A stretch of 64,000 nucleotides of DNA from Antedon mediterranea (lineage: Eukaryota; Animalia; Echinodermata): NCBI RefSeq assembly GCF_964355755.1, contig NC_092670.1, positions 30,554,388 to 30,618,387 of the forward strand, given 5' to 3'. Shown piece by piece: positions 10,880 through 21,233 of this stretch; position 1 is the stretch's first letter, and each line of letters starts with the position of its first letter. The translations under genes and the position numbers were made by a program. The notes beneath the pieces were generated by a model. It was given only the letters and a program-made list of their open reading frames with translations. It was not told the DNA's origin and made no database searches.

Positions 10880-13800
10880 ATGGCTAATTCTGATATTTCT
10901 ATTTCTCAACTACGAGATTTGATGGAAAGCCTAGACGAGGAGGTGATGGATACTTTGGATGTTGCTGAGAACGATATGCTGATTGAGAATTTTAATATTA
11001 ACGACGTTACACATTCAAATCTAATTGGTATGCCGAATGTAGATGTAGCTGTAGATGATGATGTTTCTGTTACCCGTCATAATTCTCAAGCAAGAATTGA
11101 GGCATGTGAGCAAGCGATTCAGGCCATACTGAGTCTGAATCCTTCCAATATTGCTGTGGATTTGACCAAAGAAGAAGAAGAAGATGTTTCTGTTACCCGT
11201 CATAATTCTCAAGCAAGAATTGCGGCTTGTGAGGAAGCGATTCAGGCTATTCTTAATCTGAATCCTTCCAATATTGCTGTGGATTTGGAGATAGACGAAG
11301 AAGATTTACCCGATGTTGATGTTTTGGAACATCTTTTGAACTCATCAATTAATCTAGATGATATCGAAAATCATGATGTTTCCTTTGAGACAGACATTAT
11401 TGATCCCTTGGAGATAGCATTTGCCGATGCTATGGAAGCTGCTCATAATTTGAATAACATTCTTCAAGTTGGTGGAAACAATAAGAAAAGAAAACGAATG
11501 AATGATGAGGAAAAAGATGATGTTCTTTCTTCCTCTGATGATGAGCAAGAAGAAGAAGAAGAAGAAGAAGAAGAAGCAACAGCGGAAGAGGTACCTATTA
11601 ACGAGTTGTGTAATATTGTCAGATTGACCGATCGTTTTAATGAGAGGTTTAATGCTGTTATTAATGATTACAGCGTTAGTTTTAGAAATTTAGATAATGT
11701 ACGCATTTTAGATATTCTTCCTACATTTTACCGTATTTTTAATCACATTATTTCTAATCTTTGCGAAGATGTAAACGATAACGATTATCTAAGAATAGTC
11801 ATTCAAGCTGAAGGTTTGGATTTACCAATTTCAATTCCTTTTTGCCGTAGGGAGCATCTTACGGCCGATGTAATTTTTAATGCTATTTTAAAAGTTTTAC
11901 AATCGAAATCGGATGTTTTTGTAAACGATAAGTTGAAATTTAACGTAATCCGTATGAGAATGCCTATAGGCGGTACCTTTGTTAGAAAGGGTATCGATAA
12001 AGAGTTCAACAAATCACGTTGCCTAATTAGAATTGTTAGTGATGACAATGAGAACATGTGCTGTTCTAAGGTCATTGTTACGGGTATTTCATCTATCGAA
12101 GACCGCGTCAGTAATATGTCCCGATGGGATAACATTAGGCGCGGTCGTGACCAACAACTTAGAGCTGCTAATTGTTTGTTAACAAATGCCGGTGTTAATG
12201 CAGGTATTTGTGGTATCGATGAGTTGAAAAAGTTTCAAGCCATTCTACCAAATTACCAAATTATAGTAATCGTTTTAATTGTCAATAACTAATTATCTAA
12301 CTCAATTTAATTAGTAAACAGGGTTACATCAGGCGGTTAAAATCAGTACCGAAAGTACGAACCAACTTTACATACCATCGAGTGAAAATTCTAGAAGTAA
12401 GTCGCGATTTACCGAATTTTGCCCTTACGTAAATTTATATATAGATATCAAAAGATAACTTACATTCTGTAATTTTTAGCGGTGAATTTAAACAAAAACA
12501 AATTTATCTGTATCATCACGATTCTCACTTTGATTTAATCTGTAAAATTAATGTATTTTTTGAATTCAAATTTTTCTGTACCAAATGTTTCACCGGATAT
12601 AACGTAAACAAAGCTCATACTTGTAAATATACGTGTAAACTCTGTAAGTCTAATGAATGCTTACCGGCAAAGGAAACTGAGGTTTCTGTTGACTGCAGTG
12701 ATTGCAATAGGACGTTTAAAAACGCGGGTTGTTTCGATTTTCATATTAAAGGCGAAACATCAACTTGTAAGAAAGTTAAAACTTGTAAGACCTGTAATCG
12801 AGTGATGAGAAAAAATCACAAATGCGAACAAAACTTTTGTCGAGTATGCAATGTTTTCGCATCTTATGATCACAAATGTTACATACAAAAAATCGTTGAA
12901 AAAAAAAACTGGCGATAAAAATTCACAAAACGAAAATCAAATGAAAAATTCAATAGCCAAGTATTTCTTTTTTGACTTTGAGTGCACACAGGAAACTGGT
13001 GAGCACAAACCTAATCTCTGCGTACTTCAAAAAACTTGTCTAAAATGTATTAATAATGATATCGATTCCAATGAATGCGAAATTTGCGGTGAAAAAACGC
13101 TTACTTTTTACGGTGAAAATGCCTGCAATGATTTCTGCGATTATATTTTTAAACATTATGAGTACAAAGAAAATGTTACATGTATTGCACATAACTTCCA
13201 GGGATATGATTGTTATTTCATTTTTCAATATTTACACAAAAAAGGTATTCTCCCCGATGTTGTCTGTAGAGGAGGTAAAGCTATCTCCATTCGCGTTAAG
13301 GAAACAAAAACACGTTTCATCGATTCCCTTTCATTTTTACCTATGCCTCTCACTAAATTACCAAAGACTTTCGGTGTTAATGAGTTAAAGAAAGGATACT
13401 TCCCGCATTTATTTAATACTCCTTCTAACCAAAATTACGTAGGCCCCTACCCTGATTGTTCTTTTTACATACCGGAGAAAATGTCTCCTTCGGCTAGAGA
13501 CGCATTTTTTAAATGGTATAACGAGAAAGTTAAAAACAATGTACAGTTTGATATGAAAAAAGAAGAACTTGTTGATTACTGCGTCAGCGATGTTGACATT
13601 CTTCGTCGTTGCTGTTTAACATTTAGACATCTATTTTTAAGCGTGACATCAACAACCGACCCAAAACTCGCCGGTGTTGATCCTTTTTCCAATAATCTCA
13701 TGACCATTGCGTCCGCGTGCAATTACGTATTTTCTCGAAATTTTCTTAAACCGTCTACAATAGCCTTATTTCCCCCATCTAATTACCAGACGACCATAAA

Positions 13801-15558
13801 TCACTCATTAGCAAGTATTGAATGGTTATCATATAAAGCGTATAAAAGAGGTATTCATATAAATTACGCTAGAAACGGAGGTGAAAAGCTCTTTGGTAGG
13901 TACCACGTAGACGGTGTGAACATCGAAAACAAAATTATTTTTGAATTCCAAGGGTGTCTTTTTCATGGATGTCCTACCTGTTACAGACAGGATTCAGTCA
14001 ACCCTATTACACGGGAACCCATGATCGAAAGTTATATGAAAACTATAAAAAAAATTTCTTTTCTTACAAATCAATTCCCTCAGTTCGAGTACGTTGAAAT
14101 TTGGGAACACGATTGGAAAATTCTAAAAAACTCCTTACCTCTCGCGGAGAAAACCCAGATTTTCAACGTACCTTACATTCACGAAAAACTTAATCCTAGG
14201 GAGGCTTTCTTTGGCGGTCGAACTAATGCCTCTCGATTGTATCACGAAACCAAAGAAGACGAGGAAATTCATTACGTTGACTTCACTTCTTTATACCCAT
14301 ACGTGAATAAGTACTGTGAATACCATGTTGGTCATCCAGAAATAATGGCTACGAATAACCTATCTGATAACATCGATGACTATTTTGGTGTAGTTAAATG
14401 CACAATTGAGGCACCTAAAATCTATATCACCCCGTTCTTCCGTACCGATCAAACGGTAAATTGTTATTTCCTTTATGTAAAACATGCGCGGATTCACTTC
14501 AACAAACACCGTGCGAACACACAAGTGTTGACAGACAATTCACGGGTACTTGGATAACCACAGAAGTATCCAAAGCCGTAAAAGTTGGCTACAAAATTTC
14601 TAAAGTACACGTTGCTTGGCATTTCACTGAAAAAAGTAGTTTTGATCGTGATTCAAATTCGTTGGGATTATTTTCCGAATACATCAACACATTTCTCAAA
14701 CTTAAACAGGAAGCATCAGGTTGGCCTGAGTGGTGTAAGACTCAGGAAGATAAACAAAAATACATTGACGATTACTCTAGCGTAGAAGGTATTCTTCTCG
14801 ATAAAGAAAATACAAAACACAACCCCGGTTTACGTTCTCTAGCCAAACTAATGTTAAACAGTTTTTGGGGTAAATTCGGCCAAAAAGAGAACGTTTCTCA
14901 AACAAAATTCGTCACAGAACCGAGGGAAGCATATGATTTACTATCCAATCCACAGGTAATCGTTAATGACATTAACTTCATTAACGAAAATTTGGCTGAA
15001 GTAAAATTCGAAAACGATGAACAATTCATAAAAGTAAACAAGAAAACGAACGTTGTCATCGCCGCCTTTACTACTGCTTCAGCTAGACTTAAATTATACG
15101 AACTATTAGAATCGTTGCAAGAACGTGTCTTGTATTACGATACTGACAGTGTCGTTTATGTAACAAAACCTGGAGAATGGAACCCTCCTCTTGGTGACTA
15201 TCTCGGTCAGTTAACATCCGAGATCGATCCAAAAGATGGGAAGTTCATTTCGTGCTTCGTTTCGGGAGGCCCCAAAAATTATGCGTACAAACTAAATTCA
15301 GGCAAAACAGTTTGCAAGGTTAAAGGCTTAACTTTAAATTATACAAATTCTAAATTAATTAATTTCGAAACTGTTTCAAACATGGTATAAGGTATTGGTC
15401 CACAAGTAATTAGAACAATAGATAAAAACCGTATTACTCGAAAACCGAAAACACGTAAAATTATTAATGAGGCATCCACAAAGGATTATCGTATTGTATA
15501 CGATAAACGTATCATAGTAAACAATTTTGATACTGTGCCGTACGGTTATGTATGGTAA
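10880..15558 (+). pseudogene. Protein-primed family B DNA polymerase polyprotein (acidic leader, terminal protein, vOTU-like protease, Cys-rich region, exonuclease, Vsr-like insert, polymerase)
   Basis: ExoI FFDFEC, ExoII AHNFQGYD, FIDSLSF, LKKGYFPH, ExoIII DYCVSDV, FFGGRT, YVDFTSLYP, KLMLNSFWGKFGQ, YYDTDS, GPKNYAY, CKVKG, C-terminal YDKR..TVPYGYVW*. Broken by a 176-bp insertion (12270-12445), frameshifts at ~12900 and ~14418, and a TAA at 15388-15390. Confidence 0.95.
12270..12445 (-). mobile_element. Helitron-like 5' fragment inserted in pPolB
   Basis: Minus strand starts TCTATATATA and sits between host A and T with no TSD. Near-identical to 36961-37137. Removal restores YQIIV-ISKDNLHSVIF in frame. 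Confidence 0.8.
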
Positions 15559-16015
15559 ACTGTGATTAAATAATTAGTTTAAATGTAACTTTCTGATTTT
15601 CAGTTGTTGTTTTTAGTTATTGTTAACAAAATATTTTTCATTTGTTAGTTGTTAATTTCCATATCTTACATTTCTTGATACAAATACTATTACGGTATAT
15701 ACTCAATGTACTGGTAACTATTCACCATTTTGGTTTTGATGATAAATTTTATTACTGTGCCGTACGGTTATGTATGGTAAACTGTGATTTTGTTCAATTT
15801 CAATTTTGTAAGTAATTAGTAAATATATTTCAGTAGCATAATTAGTTTAAATGTAACTTTCTGATTTTCAGTTGTTGTTTTTAGTTATTGTTAACTACTT
15901 TTAATATTTTTCACTTGTTAGTTGCTAATTTTCATATCTTACATTTCTTGATACAAATACTATTATATACTCATTGTACTGGTAACTATTCATCATTTTG
16001 ATTTTAATGTTAATA
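15531..16015 (+). repeat. Tandem duplication of the pPolB 3' end and 3' UTR (copies start at ~15531 and ~15753)
   Basis: TACTGTGCCGTACGGTTATGTATGGTAAACTGTGATT and the following ~200 bp occur twice. Confidence 0.85.
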
Positions 16016-16167
16016 AATAAAAGAGAAAACTTAAGTTTTTTTTTAAGTTCTTTCTTGTTCTGTTTTGTGTGCGAGTGGGTGGGTGTGTGAGTGTGGGTAC
16101 GTGTGAATGTTACGCTTTAATTACACTATATAAACGAAGATAACGACTGAAAAGACGTAATACGAAA

Positions 16168-16809
16168 ATGACTTGCAAACTGGTAACACCTTTCACCGCT
16201 GTAATCAGTGGACCAACTTCATCCGGAAAATCAGTGTTTGTCAGAAAATTGTTGGAAAATGAATATTTTGATAAACTTTTTGACGATATCACATGGTGTT
16301 ACGGTGAATACCAATCCTTGTTTAGTGAATTGAGTAAAACTATTCGAAATATAAAGTTTGTTGACGGTATTCCTATGGATTCTATAGAATCGTACGATTC
16401 GAGAAAAAATCATTTGGTTATCATCGATGATTTAATGACAGAATGCAGTAGCGATAAACGAGTCGTTAACATCTTCACAAAAGGTTCACATCATAGAAAT
16501 ATCTCCGTTATTTTCATCATGCAAAATTTCTTCTACGGATCTAAAGAAATTCGCACAATTACTCTAAATGCTCATTACATTGTTCTGTTCAAAAATCCTC
16601 GAGATAAATCACAAATCATGAACTTATCAAAACAGATGTATCCTGGTAAAGGTAGATTTTTACAGGAGGCTTTCGAAGACGCAACCCGTGAACCGTATGG
16701 CTATCTTCTTATTGATCTTAAATCAAACACATCGGAAGAAATGCGTATTAGAAGCAAATTTTTTCAAAAAACAATCAAATTGTCTACGTACCGAAGGTAT
16801 AAAACGTAG
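16168..16809 (+). CDS. Polinton packaging ATPase (A32/FtsK-HerA family); likely frameshift near the C-terminus
   Basis: Walker A GPTSSGKS, Walker B LVIIDD, GSHHRNISVIFIMQN, LFKNPRD, PYGYLLIDL. An alternative frame after the T-run at ~16760 gives QIVYVPKV*. TATAAA at ~16128. Confidence 0.92.
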   Translation: MTCKLVTPFTAVISGPTSSGKSVFVRKLLENEYFDKLFDDITWCYGEYQSLFSELSKTIRNIKFVDGIPMDSIESYDSRKNHLVIIDDLMTECSSDKRVVNIFTKGSHHRNISVIFIMQNFFYGSKEIRTITLNAHYIVLFKNPRDKSQIMNLSKQMYPGKGRFLQEAFEDATREPYGYLLIDLKSNTSEEMRIRSKFFQKTIKLSTYRRYKT

Positions 16810-16850
16810 AAAAACTGAGATATCAAATCATTTACACATCTATCAACATC

Positions 16851-17177
16851 ATGTCAAAACGTATTAAGAAGAACGCTGAAACTATACGTTTTCTCGCTCA
16901 TTGCACTCCGCGTCAGAGAAAGGTGTTAATAGAAAATGCCAATGATCAACTCATTTCGACCATCTGCGAGTGCGCTATGAACGTGTTAAAAGGTTGAGTA
17001 CCGGTATCCGGTGCTCATAAAAAAAAGTTGACGAGGTACAGGAAACACTTGCGAGACTTAGCTGATAAAACTATTCCGGCTATCAAAAGAAAACGCATTC
17101 TTGTTCAGAAAGGCGGATTTCTTGGTCTTATATTGAAACCTATTTTACAAACGTTAGGAAGTCTGATTTTAAAATAA
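16851..17177 (+). pseudogene. Small basic Polinton protein (PW-like), 108 codons with one in-frame TGA; missed by the ORF track
   Basis: Manual translation MSKRIKKNAETIRFLAHC...ICECAMNVLKG*VPV...KRILVQKGGFLGLILKPILQTLGSLILK; TGA at 16995-16997; stop overlaps the next ATG (TAATG). The name is by position and size. Confidence 0.8.
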
Positions 17178-18019
17178 TGCCACACACAAAGAAAATGGTT
17201 TTAGTACCGCAGGAGTTAGCAAATACTATGTTACACAGTCTTCGTTATGAAGAAAAACATGAAAACAATAACAAACAATTTGGATAATTCTATGCGTAAT
17301 ATTCTCGATAGACAGGATATCAGTGATCACGATAAAATGACAATGTACAATCAGGTACTTCAACGATATCTAGGAAGAGAGAAGCCCGTAAACAATCCTC
17401 CTCCTTTGAATATCGATATACGAGAACTCGCAAAGAAGCAACAAGACTACGAAGAAAACGCTACAGTGGGATCTGAAAAACTTCTCACTGATACAATGAA
17501 TAAAGAAGTATTACAGAGTATGCCCGTAACTTTGAAATCGAAAACAAAAACTTTTTTGGAACGACTCGATCGTTATCGAGCTATGGGGGTAATTGATTGG
17601 AAAAAGTACGGGGAAGTCATCATCGACGGAGAAGCAATAAAAGGAAGTAATTTTCTCGATTTGGTAAAAGATGTTATTCAAGAACGACGTGAATTCGAGC
17701 CTATCGGTTGGAAGGACTTTTTAACAGTTTTAGCTAAACTGAAAACACCTGAAAGCTTAATTGGAAATCCTACGAGACGAAAGATCTTACAACGTATAAA
17801 GTCGGGTGGGAGTATCCCCTCGTCTTCGTCAGCTACGTCTCCCCTTAACACATTAACGTCTTCTTCTTTCGTAAGAAAAAAAAAAAGAGATTAGAATCCA
17901 TCGGTGAAGAGGAAGCTAGCGATTACGAATGGAAAGATAACGATGAGGAAATTCTAATAAAACCAAAAAAGGCTTCAATTAAATCTAAACCTAAAAAAAC
18001 AAAATGGCTGAAATTCTAA
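17177..18019 (+). pseudogene. Polinton PZ-like protein with two frameshifts
   Basis: Start MPHTKKMVLVPQE; core K..MYNQVLQRY, IDW...GEV..IKGSNFLDL, PIGW..F..LIGN (ORF 17247-17894); frameshifted tail ...KPKKTKWLKF*. Confidence 0.8.
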
Positions 18020-18089
18020 CCCTTAACTCTAACCCCTAACCTCTAACCCTAATTCATAATTGTTTTTTGTTTTTTTTTCGATTGTATGA

Positions 18090-18172
18090 AATAAAGAAAG
18101 ATTTCAAAGAAAGAAACTATCGTTTTCACGTATTTTCTGTTATGTCTTTTATTATCAATAAACCACTTTATT
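18090..18172. terminator. Convergent polyadenylation signals between the two Polinton gene blocks
   Basis: AATAAA on + at 18090-18095; TTTATT (AATAAA on -) at 18148-18153 and 18167-18172. Confidence 0.5.
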
Positions 18173-18182
18173 TTTTAAACAT

Positions 18183-18707
18183 TTAATTATTCAATAACAT
18201 CTTAACAAACTGCAATTTGATATATTCGCTATCATATACGGATAGATTAACGTTATATCGACGTTCTATACAATGATTAACATTAGAATCGTTACTAAGT
18301 CTATCTTTCGTAAACATATTAATTATAGTTGATGAATCAATACCTCTACATTTATGAGAAATATAGAAAAGACAATACTGACCACAAACTGTAGACATAG
18401 GGGCTGGCAATACTGTGTCGTTATACATCCAATAAGATACGGATGAATTTAGAAAATCAACAAAATTTCTACTATAATATTGAGGAGAATTCCCAAACGA
18501 GTCAAAAAATTCTCCATAGTTACGATCTCTAAGAAAAAATGCTACCCAATGCGATCCATTTTGATCACTCGTATCTACGTTTGCTATGTAAGCCCGAGGA
18601 AATCCTCTATCCCCATTGGGGAGTAAATCGGAAGGAAAAACTCCACGAAAATATCGATTTGTAAACCGATCCGATTTAACGAGTCTTATTATTTGCACGG
18701 TGTTCAT
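18183..18707 (-). CDS. Adenain/Ulp1-like cysteine maturation protease
   Basis: His (GSHWVAFF), Asp (FFDSFG), Cys (STVCGQYC); the expected oxyanion-hole Gln reads Pro (VLPAP). Confidence 0.92.
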   Translation of the reverse strand: MNTVQIIRLVKSDRFTNRYFRGVFPSDLLPNGDRGFPRAYIANVDTSDQNGSHWVAFFLRDRNYGEFFDSFGNSPQYYSRNFVDFLNSSVSYWMYNDTVLPAPMSTVCGQYCLFYISHKCRGIDSSTIINMFTKDRLSNDSNVNHCIERRYNVNLSVYDSEYIKLQFVKMLLNN

Positions 18708-18724
18708 TTTGAAGGAATGTACTT

Positions 18725-20056
18725 TTAAAAATCAACGATAACGTTACGTGATTTATCAATTTCTATGATTGAGTCAAATTCAGCGTAAACAATAATGTTT
18801 ATAGTTTCTGCTAAAGCGTTAGCAAATTGTATCTCCAAGCGTATATTTCCGTTCCGTATCAAATTGAAATGACCGGTGCTCGCTAAATCGGGTGTAAGAT
18901 CAAAAGCGAATAAAGTATATCCTCTTGGGTAATCGTCTCTGGAAATATGGTTCCCTGTATCATCAAACAACGTGTTCAATCCGGAAAATAAGCTCTGGTA
19001 CGCTAAAATATTATAGTTTCCTTCTGCATTCTGTCCAAAATTAGGTTTCAACGGTTTCCACGGTACTTGTTCACCGTCTAAATATAATGCTAAAAAGTTT
19101 GTGTTGAAATGTTGAAAATTGAAGGGGTTTCTTCCATAAATTCCGTTGAACGCTTCAGTACTAACTAACCCTACAACCAAACGTTTCGGTAGATTTCCAT
19201 TGAACAAAGATTCTCGCGTAAATGATAAATTTCCTCTAGGAACTGTTAACGTTTTAACTTCTACTCTCCGGAGTGGATATTTTGCTGGACCACGTTCCAA
19301 AGCTTTTGCGTGAGCCAGCGCAACGGTAGGATTTAGTTTTACTTTACGTATATACAAGCAAGCGTCATCCAGATGTACTTTGAAAGCTGCTTGCGGGTCT
19401 GACGACATAAGACAGAATGCATTTTTACTTCGATGTAACTTTATCTTGAGATATACGCCATTGAGCATCATTCGATCTTGAAAGAAAACATCGCAATGGA
19501 TAGGCCCTATAAGGTAGACGTAACGGCTACCACGTATGTACTCAGTGCGTTTTTTCAGTCCCTTATTAACAATATCGTCACCTGCTGTAGGGTCAGCCGA
19601 ATCCATTTTACCCGCTGTATTCTTGTAGTACAAACCACCGGTAAGGTGAGAATCTTTAGCATCTGCTCCGTACGTTAACAACGTTTCGATGGCTGCTCTA
19701 TAAGAGTAGGTATTTGTTGAAGGGGTAATTAATCTCTCGTTCAACGAAACATCCACTTCACTGAATATTGAATGTAGTAGATGATTAGTTGTTCCTACAG
19801 GGTCGTCGGCGTGTAAATCTGTTCCGTCTTGTCTCGTAATTTTTAGTTTCACGTTAAGCATAGTCTGCGATAGATCTATATATTCTTCGCTAGAACCCTG
19901 AATGTTGAATTGTACAGGGCCTACATCGGTAATACTGTTGAACGGATGATATTGAACCCACTGTCCTTTCGTTATACTCGTCTGAGTCGGTGGTACGGAA
20001 AAGAGATCTAGCTCCGATTTTAGACATTCGCAGGAGTGATTGTGTACAAAAGCCAT
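18725..20056 (-). CDS. Double jelly-roll major capsid protein (Polinton PY), intact 443 aa
   Basis: KSELDLFSVPPTQT, YIDLSQT, HSIFSEVDVSLN, NTYSYRA, FNGNLPKR, NPFNFQHF, GYTLFAFDLTPD. Confidence 0.93.
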   Translation of the reverse strand: MAFVHNHSCECLKSELDLFSVPPTQTSITKGQWVQYHPFNSITDVGPVQFNIQGSSEEYIDLSQTMLNVKLKITRQDGTDLHADDPVGTTNHLLHSIFSEVDVSLNERLITPSTNTYSYRAAIETLLTYGADAKDSHLTGGLYYKNTAGKMDSADPTAGDDIVNKGLKKRTEYIRGSRYVYLIGPIHCDVFFQDRMMLNGVYLKIKLHRSKNAFCLMSSDPQAAFKVHLDDACLYIRKVKLNPTVALAHAKALERGPAKYPLRRVEVKTLTVPRGNLSFTRESLFNGNLPKRLVVGLVSTEAFNGIYGRNPFNFQHFNTNFLALYLDGEQVPWKPLKPNFGQNAEGNYNILAYQSLFSGLNTLFDDTGNHISRDDYPRGYTLFAFDLTPDLASTGHFNLIRNGNIRLEIQFANALAETINIIVYAEFDSIIEIDKSRNVIVDF

Positions 20057-20061
20057 AGTGA

Positions 20062-20442
20062 TTAAGAATCGAAAATATCGGATGATCTTCTCACTCTCTT
20101 AGCGTTAACACGACTGAGACCTTTACTACGTCTCTTTCGCTTTTTATTCACTCGACCGTTTCCTTTTTGCGTGACAACACGTTTACCGGCTTGTGTGATT
20201 CTACGTTTTGTCGCCTGTTTGAAGTTTTGACCACTTAGAACATCACCTACTATCTCCCCGCCTGCACGTAGAGCCTGTTTACCTATAGATGTTGCCCCTT
20301 TTTTCAAAAGAGGTATAGCACGTTTGAAAAGACCCGATAACATACCTCCTAAACCGAAACCCCTTTGATTTGAGGATCCGTGAAAAACAGGTATTGAACC
20401 ACCAGCCTGTCCAACATAGTAGTCTTCGTATACGTTAGGCAT
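20062..20442 (-). CDS. Basic core / membrane-lytic-like Polinton protein (PM-like)
   Basis: YY..QAGG, QRGFGLGGMLSGLFKRAIPLLKKG amphipathic segment, Arg/Lys-rich tail ending DIF; located between mCP and MCP. Confidence 0.8.
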   Translation of the reverse strand: MPNVYEDYYVGQAGGSIPVFHGSSNQRGFGLGGMLSGLFKRAIPLLKKGATSIGKQALRAGGEIVGDVLSGQNFKQATKRRITQAGKRVVTQKGNGRVNKKRKRRSKGLSRVNAKRVRRSSDIFDS

Positions 20443-20454
20443 TGTTGTTGTTGT

Positions 20455-21231
20455 TTAGATGAAATGAGCTGATCTACTCTGTCAAAAGTGTAACTTCACC
20501 AAAACCTTCCCACGTTGAAATGACACCTTCTCACCGGTATCGCTTCTTATATCGATACGTATGGTGTCCATATCTTTCTTTACTATTCGTTTATAGTGAG
20601 GCATCCCATACTCGTGCGCGCAACGTCTCACTAAGTCTCTTTCTCTCGTTTGAACAATCCGTAACAATGGAACGCTAGCATCCCCCACTCGTTGATGTTC
20701 AATTATATAGGTGTAGACGTACAAAGCGGGAACACGATGATGCAGATTCATAGGGCTGCTGCCTATAATCGTAGAATCTTCCAGAATCGAATCTAAATTC
20801 ACTCCAAGTAACGATTGTAATTCTTTACCTATTATTGGAATACTTGCGAATCTATTGGTAGATATTTTAACTCTTTCCGTGATACGATTGAATTTAAATG
20901 ATATATCACGTATATCTAATTTTTTCAAAATATAGTTTAACTCATCTATAAAGATATTCCCTGAAGAGTAATAGCCACTAGGAACCGTAATTTTATAGTC
21001 TTTGATTTCTGATCCATTCTTCGATAAATCTAATTTCAGGTGAAACGTGTTGTTTGAATTATCTACATTAAACCAAGAATGTGGATAATGTATTTCAGAT
21101 ATACCTACTTCCCACTCACCACTAAGCCGTAAGGACTCGGATAATTTTGTAGTGTAACTGGTGAGCGTATTTTTGGGAAAATAATTCAATGAACTATTAC
21201 TCGGTAACGTAACGTAGAATTGCGATGCCAT
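20455..21231 (-). pseudogene. Single jelly-roll minor capsid/penton protein (PX); TGA at 20482 probably premature
   Basis: MASQFYVTLPSNSS..NTLTSY, GEWEVGISEI, VPSGYY, VGDASVPLLRIV, IRIDIRSDTG, LHF*QSRSAHFI*. Confidence 0.88.
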
Positions 21232-21233
21232 GT

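Noticed and set aside
10880-12292. Stand-alone 470-aa gene
   Set aside because: Its stop lies inside the Helitron insertion; it is the N-terminus of pPolB
18725-20056. Domestication of the intact major capsid gene
   Set aside because: Lesions occur at about one per kb of Polinton coding sequence, so a clean 1.3-kb ORF is not unlikely by chance. No evidence of selection without dN/dS data.
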